A stretch of 64,000 nucleotides of DNA from Candidatus Saccharimonadota bacterium (GTDB lineage: Bacteria; Patescibacteriota; Saccharimonadia; Saccharimonadales; Saccharimonadaceae): positions 59,708 to 123,707 of the forward strand of contig JAFQXL010000004.1 of NCBI GenBank assembly GCA_017406985.1, in the 5' to 3' direction. A program made the translations under genes and the position numbers. Position 1 is the first letter of the stretch. Every line of letters starts with the position of its first letter. The notes under the pieces are model-generated. The model saw nothing but the letters and a program-made list of their open reading frames with translations. It searched no databases and was not told where the DNA came from. Of this stretch, positions 49,688 through 59,919 are shown piece after piece.

Positions 49688-51220
49688 TCAGAAATTATGG
49701 AGAAACTTCATCGCGAGAATACAGCTATTGATAAAAATCCCGAAGAGAAAGACATAGTCTACACTTAAAGGTTTTTTGGATTTTTCAGACTTAAGTGGGC
49801 AAAAGATTAAAGGAATTAACCCGACGAGCGGGAGGAAATAGCGCCCTTGAGTTCCCTCGATAATTACTTCGTCGGTTTTAGTATATTGCCACTGTGTAAA
49901 AGAGACGAAATAAATTAAACTAATAACGATAATTGGGATTAGCCAGTAAATATACTTCTCAATTCTTTTTAAAACGATTTTCTCGGAATTACGAACACAG
50001 AGTAAAACAAGAAGAACCAAGGCAAGGTAAAGGTAGATATCAACGAGCGGAACATAATGCCCGTAAGCGAGATTTAAACCTAGCCCAGATTCCGCATAAT
50101 AACCCGGATTCGCGCCGAGCGCAGTTCCGACCATCATAACTAAAAATCTTAAAAGATTCGCGAGAACAAAACTTAAGTTTTCCGTATTGGCACTAACGGA
50201 AGATTCTTGAGTTAACATCCAAGAAAGATTTACGACGAGCGCGAGCGCAAAGCTTAAAGCTAAATGAAGATATTTATGCCATTTTTTCTTAAACTTATTT
50301 GCCGGAATTAAGAAAAACAGCAGAAAGAGCGGAAGATAAATAATCTTTTTACAGATTGAAACGAGTGTCGTTAAAAGATAAATCGAGGCAATCTGTTTTT
50401 TATTTAATTTTTTATCGTCGCCGTAAATATATTTAAAGGCTAAAGCCGTTAAAAGCAGAGCGGAACCGATTAAAAGCCCGTCGGCAGAATAAGCCATTCC
50501 CTGCTGTAACATTTCCGGAAAGAAAGCGAAGAAGACGAAAAATTCTTTAAACTTCGGGACAAGTTTAATCGCGAAGAAGCAGAGAATAAGAAAGACTATA
50601 AGCGCGAAAATCCGCCCGAGATACATTGTTAAGACAATCGGAAGATGTAAAAACTTTCCGACTAAAATCCCCATGACCTGCGGAGCATAGACAACAGGAT
50701 GATAACCGGCGGTATTTGAATAAGACCAACACCAAAGTTCGTCGCTAGTTTTAGAGAGAAAATTATCTTTTAATTTTTTATAATATTCCGAGTCGCCTTG
50801 TGCATTGTTTAGAACTTCCCAATAAGTCCGCGAGATACAAGAGCGATAATCGCCGTTTTCGTCCTTTTCGCCGATTAGTTTTCCTTCGGAAATCGCATAG
50901 GCACGGAAGATATGGCCGATTTCGTCCGGAAGCTGATTCATTGGGGTTAAGAAAACGTGCGCTAACCCGAGAATTCCCGCGAGGGCGAGAAAAATCCTTT
51001 CGATTTTCCAATTTTTCTTTTTTAAGAAATTATATAGAACAACTAGTCCGACTTCGGCGACGATTTGAATTAAAATTAGCGGGATTAGATATTTAGCGTG
51101 TTTTCCGGTATCGACTTTTTCATAGAGAAAATTATAAGCGAGAAGAACCGAATTTAAAGCGATAAGTCCGAGAGAGACTTTCCAATATTTCTTAAAAAAT
51201 GTTTTTAAAACTTCTTTCAT
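49688..51220 (-). CDS. Polytopic membrane protein, DUF2142 / GT-C-like
   Basis: 'PDEIGH', 'YHPVVYAPQ', 'QGRYFLP'; many TM segments. Confidence 0.75.
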   Translation of the reverse strand: MKEVLKTFFKKYWKVSLGLIALNSVLLAYNFLYEKVDTGKHAKYLIPLILIQIVAEVGLVVLYNFLKKKNWKIERIFLALAGILGLAHVFLTPMNQLPDEIGHIFRAYAISEGKLIGEKDENGDYRSCISRTYWEVLNNAQGDSEYYKKLKDNFLSKTSDELWCWSYSNTAGYHPVVYAPQVMGILVGKFLHLPIVLTMYLGRIFALIVFLILCFFAIKLVPKFKEFFVFFAFFPEMLQQGMAYSADGLLIGSALLLTALAFKYIYGDDKKLNKKQIASIYLLTTLVSICKKIIYLPLFLLFFLIPANKFKKKWHKYLHLALSFALALVVNLSWMLTQESSVSANTENLSFVLANLLRFLVMMVGTALGANPGYYAESGLGLNLAYGHYVPLVDIYLYLALVLLVLLCVRNSEKIVLKRIEKYIYWLIPIIVISLIYFVSFTQWQYTKTDEVIIEGTQGRYFLPLVGLIPLIFCPLKSEKSKKPLSVDYVFLFGIFINSCILAMKFLHNF

Positions 51221-51226
51221 TTAACC

Positions 51227-51571
51227 TCACTTTATAATCATTAAGAGAACACCGACTAAAACTAAAAGCGAGCCGGAAATCTTTGAGGCGGTCATAGGCT
51301 CATGGAAGAAGAAGACGGCGGTTAACATCAAGAGGATATAAACTAGACCGACCGTAACCGGAGAAACAAAAGAAAGTTCGAGCCGAGAGAGTAAAACCGT
51401 ATAAAGGACAAAGCTAACGCCATAGCTCAAAATCCCGAAGAGAGTTATAAGCGAGACCGGAAGGTTAATTAAAGGGACAGTAAAAAGCTCTTCGGCGCTT
51501 GCGCCGGCTTTTAAAAGCGTCGAGCCGACAACCGCGAAAACCACATATAAAGCGATATAAACCCAAGTCAT
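51227..51571 (-). CDS. Small 4-TM SMR/EamA-like membrane protein
   Basis: 114 aa with four hydrophobic helices; 'LSRLELSFVSP'. Confidence 0.7.
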   Translation of the reverse strand: MTWVYIALYVVFAVVGSTLLKAGASAEELFTVPLINLPVSLITLFGILSYGVSFVLYTVLLSRLELSFVSPVTVGLVYILLMLTAVFFFHEPMTASKISGSLLVLVGVLLMIIK

Positions 51572-52623
51572 CTTTTATTTCCTTTCTCGACGATTTCGGA
51601 CATTTTCTGAACCGTTTTTAGGCCCATTTCCGCCGATAAATATTTGTTCTCTTTTCTAGTTTCAACTGCCTTGATAAACTCGGCTAAAACCGTTTCGTGT
51701 CCATAAAGCAGGTTCTTTGAAATCATTTTAAAGCCATTTTTAATAAAACCGAGGCGGTATTGGTTTCCGCGCGAAAAATCGTTTTTAAAGACTTCTTTCG
51801 CATAATGTTCGCCGTCGGTCGGGAGATCTACTAAAATATCTTTAAAAAGGTCATAATAAATAATTCGCTTCTTAAAACAAAGACAATAATACCACTCACA
51901 GACTGGCGAATTAAAGTTTAAATACATATGAGTCGGGACTTTTCCGGCAACGAGATTGACCGAGAGGAGGCTCGGAGTATTATCTTCCTTGTCTGCGCCA
52001 TAGAGCGCGTAAGAGTTTTTAATTTCAAGCTCTCCGCCATGTCGCATTAAAAGATAAATAAAATGTGCCGCTTCGTCATAAAATAATCCCATCGGTAGTT
52101 CCTTATACCAGGTCGGGAGACGGCGATCACGATTTGTCAACTGGACTTCGGTTATCGACTGGATTTCGCCATATTTTTTCGTTTCGACGATTTCGTTAAT
52201 CTTTTTCATCCCGCTCGTAAAGTTAAAATTATGGACGACGTTTAAGATTTTATTTTTCTTCTTCGCGAGCGCGATTAACTCTTTTGCTTCTTTTTCGTTC
52301 ATTGTCATCGGTTTTTCGACGAGAACGTCCTTATCTAGAAGCAGGGCCATTTTGGCGAGCGGATAATGCTCCTTCGGGGGAGTTCCAATCGAGACCGCAT
52401 CGACTTCAGAAAACCACTCACATTTTCGGACTTTTTCAATGTCATTTTTCGGATCATTTACAATTAGGCTATTTTTAATTCCCTGTTCTCGACAGGTTCT
52501 CTCGACGTGTTTTTTATTTGAGCCGAGAACGCCGACAATTTCGACATTTTTAAGTTTTCTTAAGGCCGGAATATGGCGCGTATTCGAGATGTTTCCGCCG
52601 CCGATTATACAAACTTTAATCAT
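51568..52623 (-). CDS. Gfo/Idh/MocA-family NAD(P)-dependent oxidoreductase
   Basis: 'IIGGGNIS', 'VLVEKPM'. Confidence 0.88.
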   Translation of the reverse strand: MIKVCIIGGGNISNTRHIPALRKLKNVEIVGVLGSNKKHVERTCREQGIKNSLIVNDPKNDIEKVRKCEWFSEVDAVSIGTPPKEHYPLAKMALLLDKDVLVEKPMTMNEKEAKELIALAKKKNKILNVVHNFNFTSGMKKINEIVETKKYGEIQSITEVQLTNRDRRLPTWYKELPMGLFYDEAAHFIYLLMRHGGELEIKNSYALYGADKEDNTPSLLSVNLVAGKVPTHMYLNFNSPVCEWYYCLCFKKRIIYYDLFKDILVDLPTDGEHYAKEVFKNDFSRGNQYRLGFIKNGFKMISKNLLYGHETVLAEFIKAVETRKENKYLSAEMGLKTVQKMSEIVEKGNKR

Positions 52624-53686
52624 TTTCTAACTCCTTTCTGACTTTTTCTGCTGTTTTTTCTAAAGTAAAGTTTTCGCTAACTTTCTGAAAGATTTTTTCG
52701 CCATATTTTCGGATTTTTTCGGGCTCTTTTAGAAGTTTCTCTAGTTTTTCAGTTAAATCTTCCGCGTTTTCTTTTAAGATAATTCCGGAACTATCGTCAA
52801 TTAACTCGGTTATCCCGCCACGGTCGGTCGCGAGAACCGCGCACTTTTTCGACGCCGCCTCGAGGACAACCGTCGGGAAGCCTTCGGGGTATAAAGTCGG
52901 GTAGAGAAAGATATCGGTTTTTTCGAGTTCTTTTAAGACTTCATCTTTCGAGATAAATCCAGTAAAGTAAACATCTTTATATTCTTCTTTTAAAGAGTTA
53001 TAGAGTGGACCGTCGCCAATAACTATTAGTTCTAGGTCGAATTTATTTTTAAGTTTTCTAAAACTTTTTAGGACGAGCCTTATACCTTTTTCTTCAATCA
53101 GTCTTCCGGCGAAAGCGAGCCTAATTTCGGAGTTTTTCGGCTTTTTAAAATCTTTCACCTTAACGGCATTATAAAAAATCCCTTGAGTCTTTATCCCAAG
53201 CGTCTCGAGCCAGCTCGCGGTTCTTTTCGAGACAGCATAAAACTTCGGATTATATTTTAATATTTTCGGAAGACAAAATCTTTCATAAGGTTTTAAAATA
53301 TAGTCGCTTGAGTGGTCGATAATAATCGGGCGAATATTTTTAAGTTTAGCGAATTTTAATCCTTCGAAAGTCGTATAATAATATCTTGTATTGATAATAA
53401 CATAATCGACTTTTTCGGCTTTAATTCTCTTCATCAAATCCTTATATTCGGCGTTCTTTTTCGGAATCGGAAAACGCTCTTTTAAGAAGTTTTTAACCGG
53501 GAGACGAAAAATCTTAACACCAGCTTTCTCTTCATAGCTTTTAGACTTCGGGACGTTCGAAGTAACGACAATAATATTATAATCTTTCTTTAATTCTTCG
53601 ATTAAAGCGGAAGTATAAGTTTCGACTCCGCCGAGGTGCGGAAGAAAGAAGCCATTAAAGAAGATAATTGTTTTATTTTTTGCCAT
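52616..53686 (-). CDS. GT4-family glycosyltransferase
   Basis: 'GGVE', 'FAGRLIEEKG', 'EGFPTVVLEAA'. Confidence 0.9.
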   Translation of the reverse strand: MAKNKTIIFFNGFFLPHLGGVETYTSALIEELKKDYNIIVVTSNVPKSKSYEEKAGVKIFRLPVKNFLKERFPIPKKNAEYKDLMKRIKAEKVDYVIINTRYYYTTFEGLKFAKLKNIRPIIIDHSSDYILKPYERFCLPKILKYNPKFYAVSKRTASWLETLGIKTQGIFYNAVKVKDFKKPKNSEIRLAFAGRLIEEKGIRLVLKSFRKLKNKFDLELIVIGDGPLYNSLKEEYKDVYFTGFISKDEVLKELEKTDIFLYPTLYPEGFPTVVLEAASKKCAVLATDRGGITELIDDSSGIILKENAEDLTEKLEKLLKEPEKIRKYGEKIFQKVSENFTLEKTAEKVRKELEND

Positions 53687-54008
53687 TTTTCTTCGCCCTT
53701 AAAATATTTAATTCTTCGGTCGTATTAGTTAGTTTTTGTTCAAGCTCGTCGATTTTCTTATCTTGAATAAAACTCATAATAAAGAGAGCAGAAACGCAGA
53801 TAGTTAAAAGCAGGGCCGGAGGATAGCTAATTCCGAGCAGGCTCGCTACCCAGTCGAGAGAATAGGGGAAACAAGCTAAAACTAACATCGCGATACAGAA
53901 AAGAACCCAAGCGAACGAAACCGAAACGCTTAATTTTTCGCGCCGAATCGAAGAGATTATATAGATAATAATTATAATAGCGATAACGATAAAAGGCAGG
54001 TTATTCAT
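53673..54008 (-). CDS. DUF2304-family small membrane protein
   Basis: 'LGISYPPALL', three TMs, coiled-coil tail; follows the GT2; start revised to MNNLPF. Confidence 0.75.
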   Translation of the reverse strand: MNNLPFIVIAIIIIIYIISSIRREKLSVSVSFAWVLFCIAMLVLACFPYSLDWVASLLGISYPPALLLTICVSALFIMSFIQDKKIDELEQKLTNTTEELNILRAKKNGKK

Positions 54009-54723
54009 ATCTTCTCCCGACAAATTTTATAAAAATAATTACGCAAGAATAAAGTTGTTTAATCATATAGCCGACAGGGCTAAAAAATCCGTCATGCATC
54101 GAGGTGCCGTTTTTTCTCTGTTTCATTTTAACCGGAACCTCGATAATTTTATATTTCTTCATCAACATTTCGATAATTAAGCCGGCGTCAGGATATTCCG
54201 GATAGGCGCCGGACTCAGAATAATACTCAATTACACGGCGATTTAGAACTTGAAGTCCGGTCAAGGGGTCTTTTATTGTTTTATGACAGAAAATCCGAAT
54301 TAAGGATTCAAAAAGGCTCGTCCCAGCTCGGCGGAAAAACGGAGATTTATAGCCAGTGTTTTTCTTAAAGCGAGAGCCGAGAACAATATCGGCGTTCTTT
54401 TCTATCGCGGCGTCGAGACATTTTTTCGCCTCGGAGGAGAGATGTTGTCCGTCGGCATCCATCTGAATTACATAGTCATAATTATTTTCTTTCGCATATT
54501 TAATTCCGGTTTGAACCGACATCGCATAGCCCATGTTGTGGACATTGTTGATGTATGTACACCCCTTAACGCAACGAATTCTAGCCTCAGTCCGATCGGT
54601 CGAACAATCATTTATCACAAGGATATCGGCAGTTTTTATTTCCTTTTTAATATCAGAAATAACCGTCTCAATTGTTTCGGCTTCGTTATGAGCCGGAATA
54701 ACAACAATAGTCCTCGCTTTCAT
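54001..54723 (-). CDS. GT2 DPM1-like polyprenol-phosphate glycosyltransferase
   Basis: 'VIPAHNE', 'INDCSTD', 'QMDADGQH', 'VLGSRF'; start revised to MKARTIV. Confidence 0.9.
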   Translation of the reverse strand: MKARTIVVIPAHNEAETIETVISDIKKEIKTADILVINDCSTDRTEARIRCVKGCTYINNVHNMGYAMSVQTGIKYAKENNYDYVIQMDADGQHLSSEAKKCLDAAIEKNADIVLGSRFKKNTGYKSPFFRRAGTSLFESLIRIFCHKTIKDPLTGLQVLNRRVIEYYSESGAYPEYPDAGLIIEMLMKKYKIIEVPVKMKQRKNGTSMHDGFFSPVGYMIKQLYSCVIIFIKFVGRRYE

Positions 54724-54760
54724 TAGATACATTATATCACTTTTTAAGGCTTTCTTAAAG

Positions 54761-55115
54761 AAAAAGCCCTCGAACGATAATCTGTCCGAGGGCATATATG
54801 AAAAACTGAAAGCTAGGACTGTTCGAAAGTTATGCGCCTAAAGCGGCGCGGTTCCAAAATAGAAACTTCTTTCGATCTATGGGGCGGGCCAATGGGCCCA
54901 TGGTGGTGGTTTTCGTCTTCCTTTGCACACTTCGGCGCCCATCTGGCGCCCGTTTTCTCGCACATTTCTTACCGCCAAACGGCGGAGGAGGCAGAACGAA
55001 CAGCCCATAGCTTCAGTTATTCGCCTTAGAGAACAATATGTATTATGGGTGAGGTTCGAACACTTGACTCACACTTGAGATCTGGTTATCCCCTCACCCT
55101 TAGTGAAACATATCC
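54761..55115 (-). ncRNA. Candidate ~350-nt structured orphan RNA
   Basis: Perfect TTGACA-17-TATAAT promoter (55122-55150); ~21-bp closing stem 54804-54825/54997-55018; several GC hairpins; terminator 54766-54793 plus T5. Confidence 0.55.
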
Positions 55116-55127
55116 AATTATATTATA

Positions 55128-55748
55128 CTACTTTTTAGATTTTTTGTCAACAATTTTCGCTTCTTTTGCGTTATCTAAAAGCGATTTGGCGGATTTTTTC
55201 GCCGATTTAAAGTTCTCTTTAACGTCGTCGACGCGAGCCTTAATTGTCATAGCTTCAATTAAACCGGAGATACCATAAATCATCATTAAAACACCCGCGA
55301 TTTGCATAATCATTTCGGTCGATTCTCCCGGATGAACAAAGAGGATAACTCCACAGATTAGCCCGATAATATTTGAAATAATCGTCATTGTGTAGACGGT
55401 AGTATTTCTCATGTTTTGCATGAAGAGGAGCGAAGAAACGCTTGTAATAATCATATAAAGGCCGAGGATAATCATTACGATATTAAGAGTTTCCGGATGC
55501 ATCGCGATTAAAAGTCCTAACATAAAGAAGATAATCCCGACGACAATTCCGGCGGAGCCGTTTCTACTAGCACTTCTTAAAATCATACCGAAGCCGGTCG
55601 TAACCAAAATCGCAACCATAATCCAGCGTAAGACATTTAAAATCGCTCCCGGAAAGATGAAGAATATTAAGCCTAGCGCCGTCAAAATTAAGGTCGAGGC
55701 TATCGTCATTCCGATAAAGCCGTTGATTTTTCGTTCAATTTTCTCCAT
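55128..55748 (-). CDS. DUF308/HdeD-like membrane protein
   Basis: Six hydrophobic segments in repeated hairpins with 'FIFPG', 'MHPE' and 'VHPG' loops. Confidence 0.75.
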   Translation of the reverse strand: MEKIERKINGFIGMTIASTLILTALGLIFFIFPGAILNVLRWIMVAILVTTGFGMILRSASRNGSAGIVVGIIFFMLGLLIAMHPETLNIVMIILGLYMIITSVSSLLFMQNMRNTTVYTMTIISNIIGLICGVILFVHPGESTEMIMQIAGVLMMIYGISGLIEAMTIKARVDDVKENFKSAKKSAKSLLDNAKEAKIVDKKSKK

Positions 55749-55760
55749 TAAAACTCCTTT

Positions 55761-58700
55761 TTAATGTTTTCTTCTTATGATTATTTTATCACAACTTGCG
55801 AGGAGCGCAGGAAGAATTAAGAGAATTAAGATTGCGGCGCAGAGCGTTCCCTCGGAGACGGTAACGCAGATTTTCGAAGCAATCGCCGAACCGTTTTTAT
55901 CGAAGTTTCCAACAATCCAAGTAACGATAACGAGAACCGAAGCGGAAGTTAAAATCGTGTGAATTGACTTATTATAAGAGTCGATAATCGCAGACTTAAT
56001 ATTCTTATAATAAAGTTCCTTCGAGCTATCTTTCTGTTTTTTACGATGTTCAAGATAATAACTTGTATAGAGAATCGCGTAGTCGATCGTCGCGCCCATT
56101 AAGATTGCTTGGACGATAATAAGAGCGATAAAGTAAACGCTTGAGCCGGTAATACTTAAGATGCTCATTGTGATCCAAACGGCGGTCTGGATAATTAAGA
56201 CGAGGATAACCGGAATTAAGACGGATTTAAAGGTAATCGCAACGACGATAAAGATCGAAACCATAGTCAAAATCGTAATTAAAGTCATTTCGTCGTTAAA
56301 GGTTTTACTCATTTCGAGCGCCATCGGCGAAGTTCCGATTACGAAAGTTTCGGCTTTCTTATTATTTAACGCGGACTTTAGAGCTTCGAGGAAGTTGAAA
56401 GTTTCTTCGCCCTCGGATTCTAGGTTCGTATTTAAGATTGCGCGAGAATAGTTTTTTCCGACAAGCATTTTCTTCGCGTCGGCGATTTTTTCTCTTGCGG
56501 TAGAGATTTTCGAGCGCTTTTCGTCGTCGATTTTATTATTAAACCGCGCATCTTTCGCGATATTATCGTCTAGATAATTTACGAATTGTTCGAGCGTAAT
56601 CGTCCAGTCTTCATTATAATCATAGAGAGAACCATGATACATATAGAGCATGTCGAGGAGGTCTTTATTTAGATTACTTGAAAGCGGACTTAAGAGATTA
56701 TAAACGGATTTACTCGTGTAGTTCGTTCCGGCGAGCGAAGAATTCATTAAATCAGTTACGATCGCGAGTTTTTCCTTTTTAGCGTCGCTAAGAGAACCGC
56801 TATATTTACTATTATTTATAATATTTCCGTTAATAAAGTCGACAAGAGCTTTCGGGCTAAGGCTTAAACTTTTTCCGCTTTCGACATAGTTTAGAGAATA
56901 GAGCAGTCGGAGTTGGCTTTCGTCGAGACCGAAAGTTTTCGAGAGTTCTAAGTAGCTAAACTTTTTATCGGCGTTTACCGCGTCCATCACGGTTTTCGCG
57001 AGGTTAAGGCTAGCTAGAGTTCCGCTATCTAAGTTCGAAGCGAGCATTTCGTCGTTCTTATGTTCTAGAATAAAGTTTACAAATTCAAGCGGAGAGTTCG
57101 TGATGCTTGTCGCGTTTTCAGCGACTTCAGCTTCGATTTGAGCAGTATACGCTTCAATTTGAGCCTGAGCTTGAGCCTGGATGTTTGAAATCGCATTAGC
57201 GCCGTCTTCTTCGCTCATTAAACCGGCTTGAACCGCATATTGGACTTGAGAGATTAGGCTCGTAACTTGATTAGCGGCGGCCGTTTTTGTTGCTTCGATT
57301 TCGGCGCCATGTTCAGACATATAACTTAGATAAGCTTCATATTGGAAAACTTTTCCAACTTTTTCAGCCGAAACACCGAGGATTTTCGCGAGGCCGGCGG
57401 CGTTCGTCTTTGTATTTATCGTAGCTTTATTCGAGAGAGGTTCGAGCTGTTTTAATTTTGCTTTAGCTTCGCTCGAAATCTCAGAGGAATAATCTGGATT
57501 TGTTAAGACTTTAGAGTTAATAAAGTTAACAAACTCTGAGAGAGTCATCTTCGAATTTGTAACGGCTCGACCGAGATTAGAGTTTTTCTCGTTATTTCCA
57601 TATAGGACGAAGACTTTTTTAAGCGAGCTTTCGTCCATCTCGAGAATCGAAGCTAGCTCCGAGATTGAGCGCTCTTTGTTCATTTTCGACTTTACGACAA
57701 AGTTCGAAAGACGTTCGATTTGAGAACGAGTAGAAGCGCTAATGTCGCCCGAGAAATTCGGATTATTTTCAATCTCGTTTTGGATAAAGAGGACGAGCTG
57801 TTCTAAGGTCATTGTGTTATCTTCGTCGGGATTATAATAATGATAATAGAGCGTTTTAATTAGATAATCCTCAACCTCAAGGTTCGAGCCAAGTTCCGAG
57901 GCTTTATCTTTCATCTCATTATATTTCTCCGGTTCGCCGATCGTGTTTCCGTAGCAGAGAGCCTGTTTAACATTTTTATTATCTTCATATTCATGACAAA
58001 TTTCAGAAATCGCGCTCTCGTTTTCATTTTTATAGATAACCGCGACTTGGTTCGTTTCTTCGAAAATTTCGCCGATTTTATTATTACTGGCGCCAGTATA
58101 TTCGATTCCGACGTTTCCCTTTAGAATCATAGAACCGACAAGAATAAGCGCGAAAACCGGAAGCGCAAGATGGCGCGCGGCGTTAGCGAATTTACCGAGC
58201 AAGGTCATGTCGAGCTTCGGGGAATGCTTCTTTGCGTTTATAATTGGCTTATCGAAAATTAGAAGGAAAGCCGGAAGCGTCGTAAAGATAGAAACGAGAC
58301 TTAAAAGAACGCCTTTAGATAAGACAAGTCCCATGTCGCGACCGATTGTAAAGCTCATGAAAATCAAGACCGCGAGACCGACAATTGTTGTAACACTCGA
58401 GGCGGAAATCGAAGAGAAAGCATAATTTAAAGCTTTTTTCATCGCTTCGATTTTATTATCTTCTTTCGCGCGCTCTTGGCGATAGCGAGCGGCGAGCATA
58501 ATCGAATAGTCCATAGAAAGCGCAAGCTGAAGAACGGCAGAAATCGAATCGGTAATATGAGAAACGTTCGGGAAGATAATGTTTGTTCCCTTGTTAATTA
58601 TAACGGCGATTAAAATCGAAGTTAGATAGAGCCACGGCTCGATATAACTCTTGCTCATAATCGTAATAATTAAGAGCGCAACTCCGACCGCGAGGATAAT

Positions 58701-59216
58701 AATAACGACGTTTAAGACCGAGCCGTTATCGCTCGCGACATCGCCTTTTTCAAGAAAAGTATATTTTTCTTCCCCGTTTTCGGTTTTAGCATTTTTTAGG
58801 TGTTCGTGGATTTCGTTATAAACCTTACTGGCGTTTTCGGCGTCGGCTTCGCCATTAACCGTAATACTATAAAGTGAATACTGAGCGCCGTCTTTTTCGC
58901 GGTTATATTCTTCACTGTCGTCATAAGCAACTTCTTTAACTCCGTCAACACTCTCGAAATAAGCTTTCATCTCTCCGCGTTCTTCCTCTGGGAGATTTTC
59001 GAACATAACAGTATAGTTCGAAGTCGTTATTTCAGAAAACTCTTCTTCCATAATATCTAGCCCTTGGCTAGTCTCGGAAGACTCCGGCATATATTGCATA
59101 ATGTCGTGGTTAATTTTAACGTTTCCGGAGATAAAAGCCGAAAGCCCGGCGATCAGAATCATTACGGTCAAAACGACCTTGCTATGTTCAGCAATAAAAT
59201 CAGTAAGTTTTTTCAT
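55761..59216 (-). CDS. MMPL/RND-family transporter with large repeated extracellular insert
   Basis: 'LALSMDYSIML', 'MGATIDYAIL', two TM blocks; start revised to MKKLTDF. Confidence 0.88.
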   Translation of the reverse strand: MKKLTDFIAEHSKVVLTVMILIAGLSAFISGNVKINHDIMQYMPESSETSQGLDIMEEEFSEITTSNYTVMFENLPEEERGEMKAYFESVDGVKEVAYDDSEEYNREKDGAQYSLYSITVNGEADAENASKVYNEIHEHLKNAKTENGEEKYTFLEKGDVASDNGSVLNVVIIILAVGVALLIITIMSKSYIEPWLYLTSILIAVIINKGTNIIFPNVSHITDSISAVLQLALSMDYSIMLAARYRQERAKEDNKIEAMKKALNYAFSSISASSVTTIVGLAVLIFMSFTIGRDMGLVLSKGVLLSLVSIFTTLPAFLLIFDKPIINAKKHSPKLDMTLLGKFANAARHLALPVFALILVGSMILKGNVGIEYTGASNNKIGEIFEETNQVAVIYKNENESAISEICHEYEDNKNVKQALCYGNTIGEPEKYNEMKDKASELGSNLEVEDYLIKTLYYHYYNPDEDNTMTLEQLVLFIQNEIENNPNFSGDISASTRSQIERLSNFVVKSKMNKERSISELASILEMDESSLKKVFVLYGNNEKNSNLGRAVTNSKMTLSEFVNFINSKVLTNPDYSSEISSEAKAKLKQLEPLSNKATINTKTNAAGLAKILGVSAEKVGKVFQYEAYLSYMSEHGAEIEATKTAAANQVTSLISQVQYAVQAGLMSEEDGANAISNIQAQAQAQIEAYTAQIEAEVAENATSITNSPLEFVNFILEHKNDEMLASNLDSGTLASLNLAKTVMDAVNADKKFSYLELSKTFGLDESQLRLLYSLNYVESGKSLSLSPKALVDFINGNIINNSKYSGSLSDAKKEKLAIVTDLMNSSLAGTNYTSKSVYNLLSPLSSNLNKDLLDMLYMYHGSLYDYNEDWTITLEQFVNYLDDNIAKDARFNNKIDDEKRSKISTAREKIADAKKMLVGKNYSRAILNTNLESEGEETFNFLEALKSALNNKKAETFVIGTSPMALEMSKTFNDEMTLITILTMVSIFIVVAITFKSVLIPVILVLIIQTAVWITMSILSITGSSVYFIALIIVQAILMGATIDYAILYTSYYLEHRKKQKDSSKELYYKNIKSAIIDSYNKSIHTILTSASVLVIVTWIVGNFDKNGSAIASKICVTVSEGTLCAAILILLILPALLASCDKIIIRRKH

Positions 59217-59337
59217 ATATAACCTTTTCTTTTGGTATATTATAGAGATAGAACAGGGATAAATCAAGAACATTTTAATACATTTTGTCTAATTTTATAC
59301 ACTTGTCCTATATTTTGTGCTATAATAGGAGGTAGAG

Positions 59338-59919
59338 ATGAAAGAAATTAAATATAATTCCAGTAAAAGGACACACGAACGGATTAAACGAACGTTCGCG
59401 GAGCTTTTGTCCGAGAAAAAGACCGTTAATAATATTACGGTTGCGGAGCTAGCAAAACGGGCGGAGATAACGCGCGGAACGTTTTATGCTCATTTTAATA
59501 ATATTAAAGAGGTCTCGGAAGAAGTTGAAAAAGAAGTCGTCGAGCGCCTCCAAGTTTCGAATAATAAAATAGAGAATATCGAAGACTTTCCGATTTTTCT
59601 TCATGAGTTTTTCCAGTTTTTAGCAGAAAACGAAGAGCTTTATCGCCAGATTCTATCGAGCGAAGCGCCGATGGCTTTTGTTAATCGTCTAAACCTCCAG
59701 ATTACGCAAGCGGCGAGGGATGCGCTTAACGCAAACTCCTTTAAACACCCGATTCAAGAACTCGACGTCATGTTCTATATCGACGGAGCGACTTATATGA
59801 TTTTGAAATATTTTCGCGGGGAGATTTCGATGTCTCTTAATGAGATTGAGTGGTATTTAAAGGAGCGCGCGTTTGAGATGTTTCTTAAGGATTTTTCGAC
59901 GGAAACTCCGGAGGAATAA
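59338..59919 (+). CDS. TetR/AcrR-family regulator
   Basis: HTH 'ITVAELAKRAEITRGTFYAHF'; divergent from the MMPL gene. Confidence 0.92.
   Translation: MKEIKYNSSKRTHERIKRTFAELLSEKKTVNNITVAELAKRAEITRGTFYAHFNNIKEVSEEVEKEVVERLQVSNNKIENIEDFPIFLHEFFQFLAENEELYRQILSSEAPMAFVNRLNLQITQAARDALNANSFKHPIQELDVMFYIDGATYMILKYFRGEISMSLNEIEWYLKERAFEMFLKDFSTETPEE

Noticed and set aside
54761-55115. tmRNA, RNase P RNA or SRP RNA
   Set aside because: No tRNA-like acceptor/CCA ends, no GAGGAAAGUCC P4 motif and no SRP helix-8 motif were seen; kept as an unknown RNA
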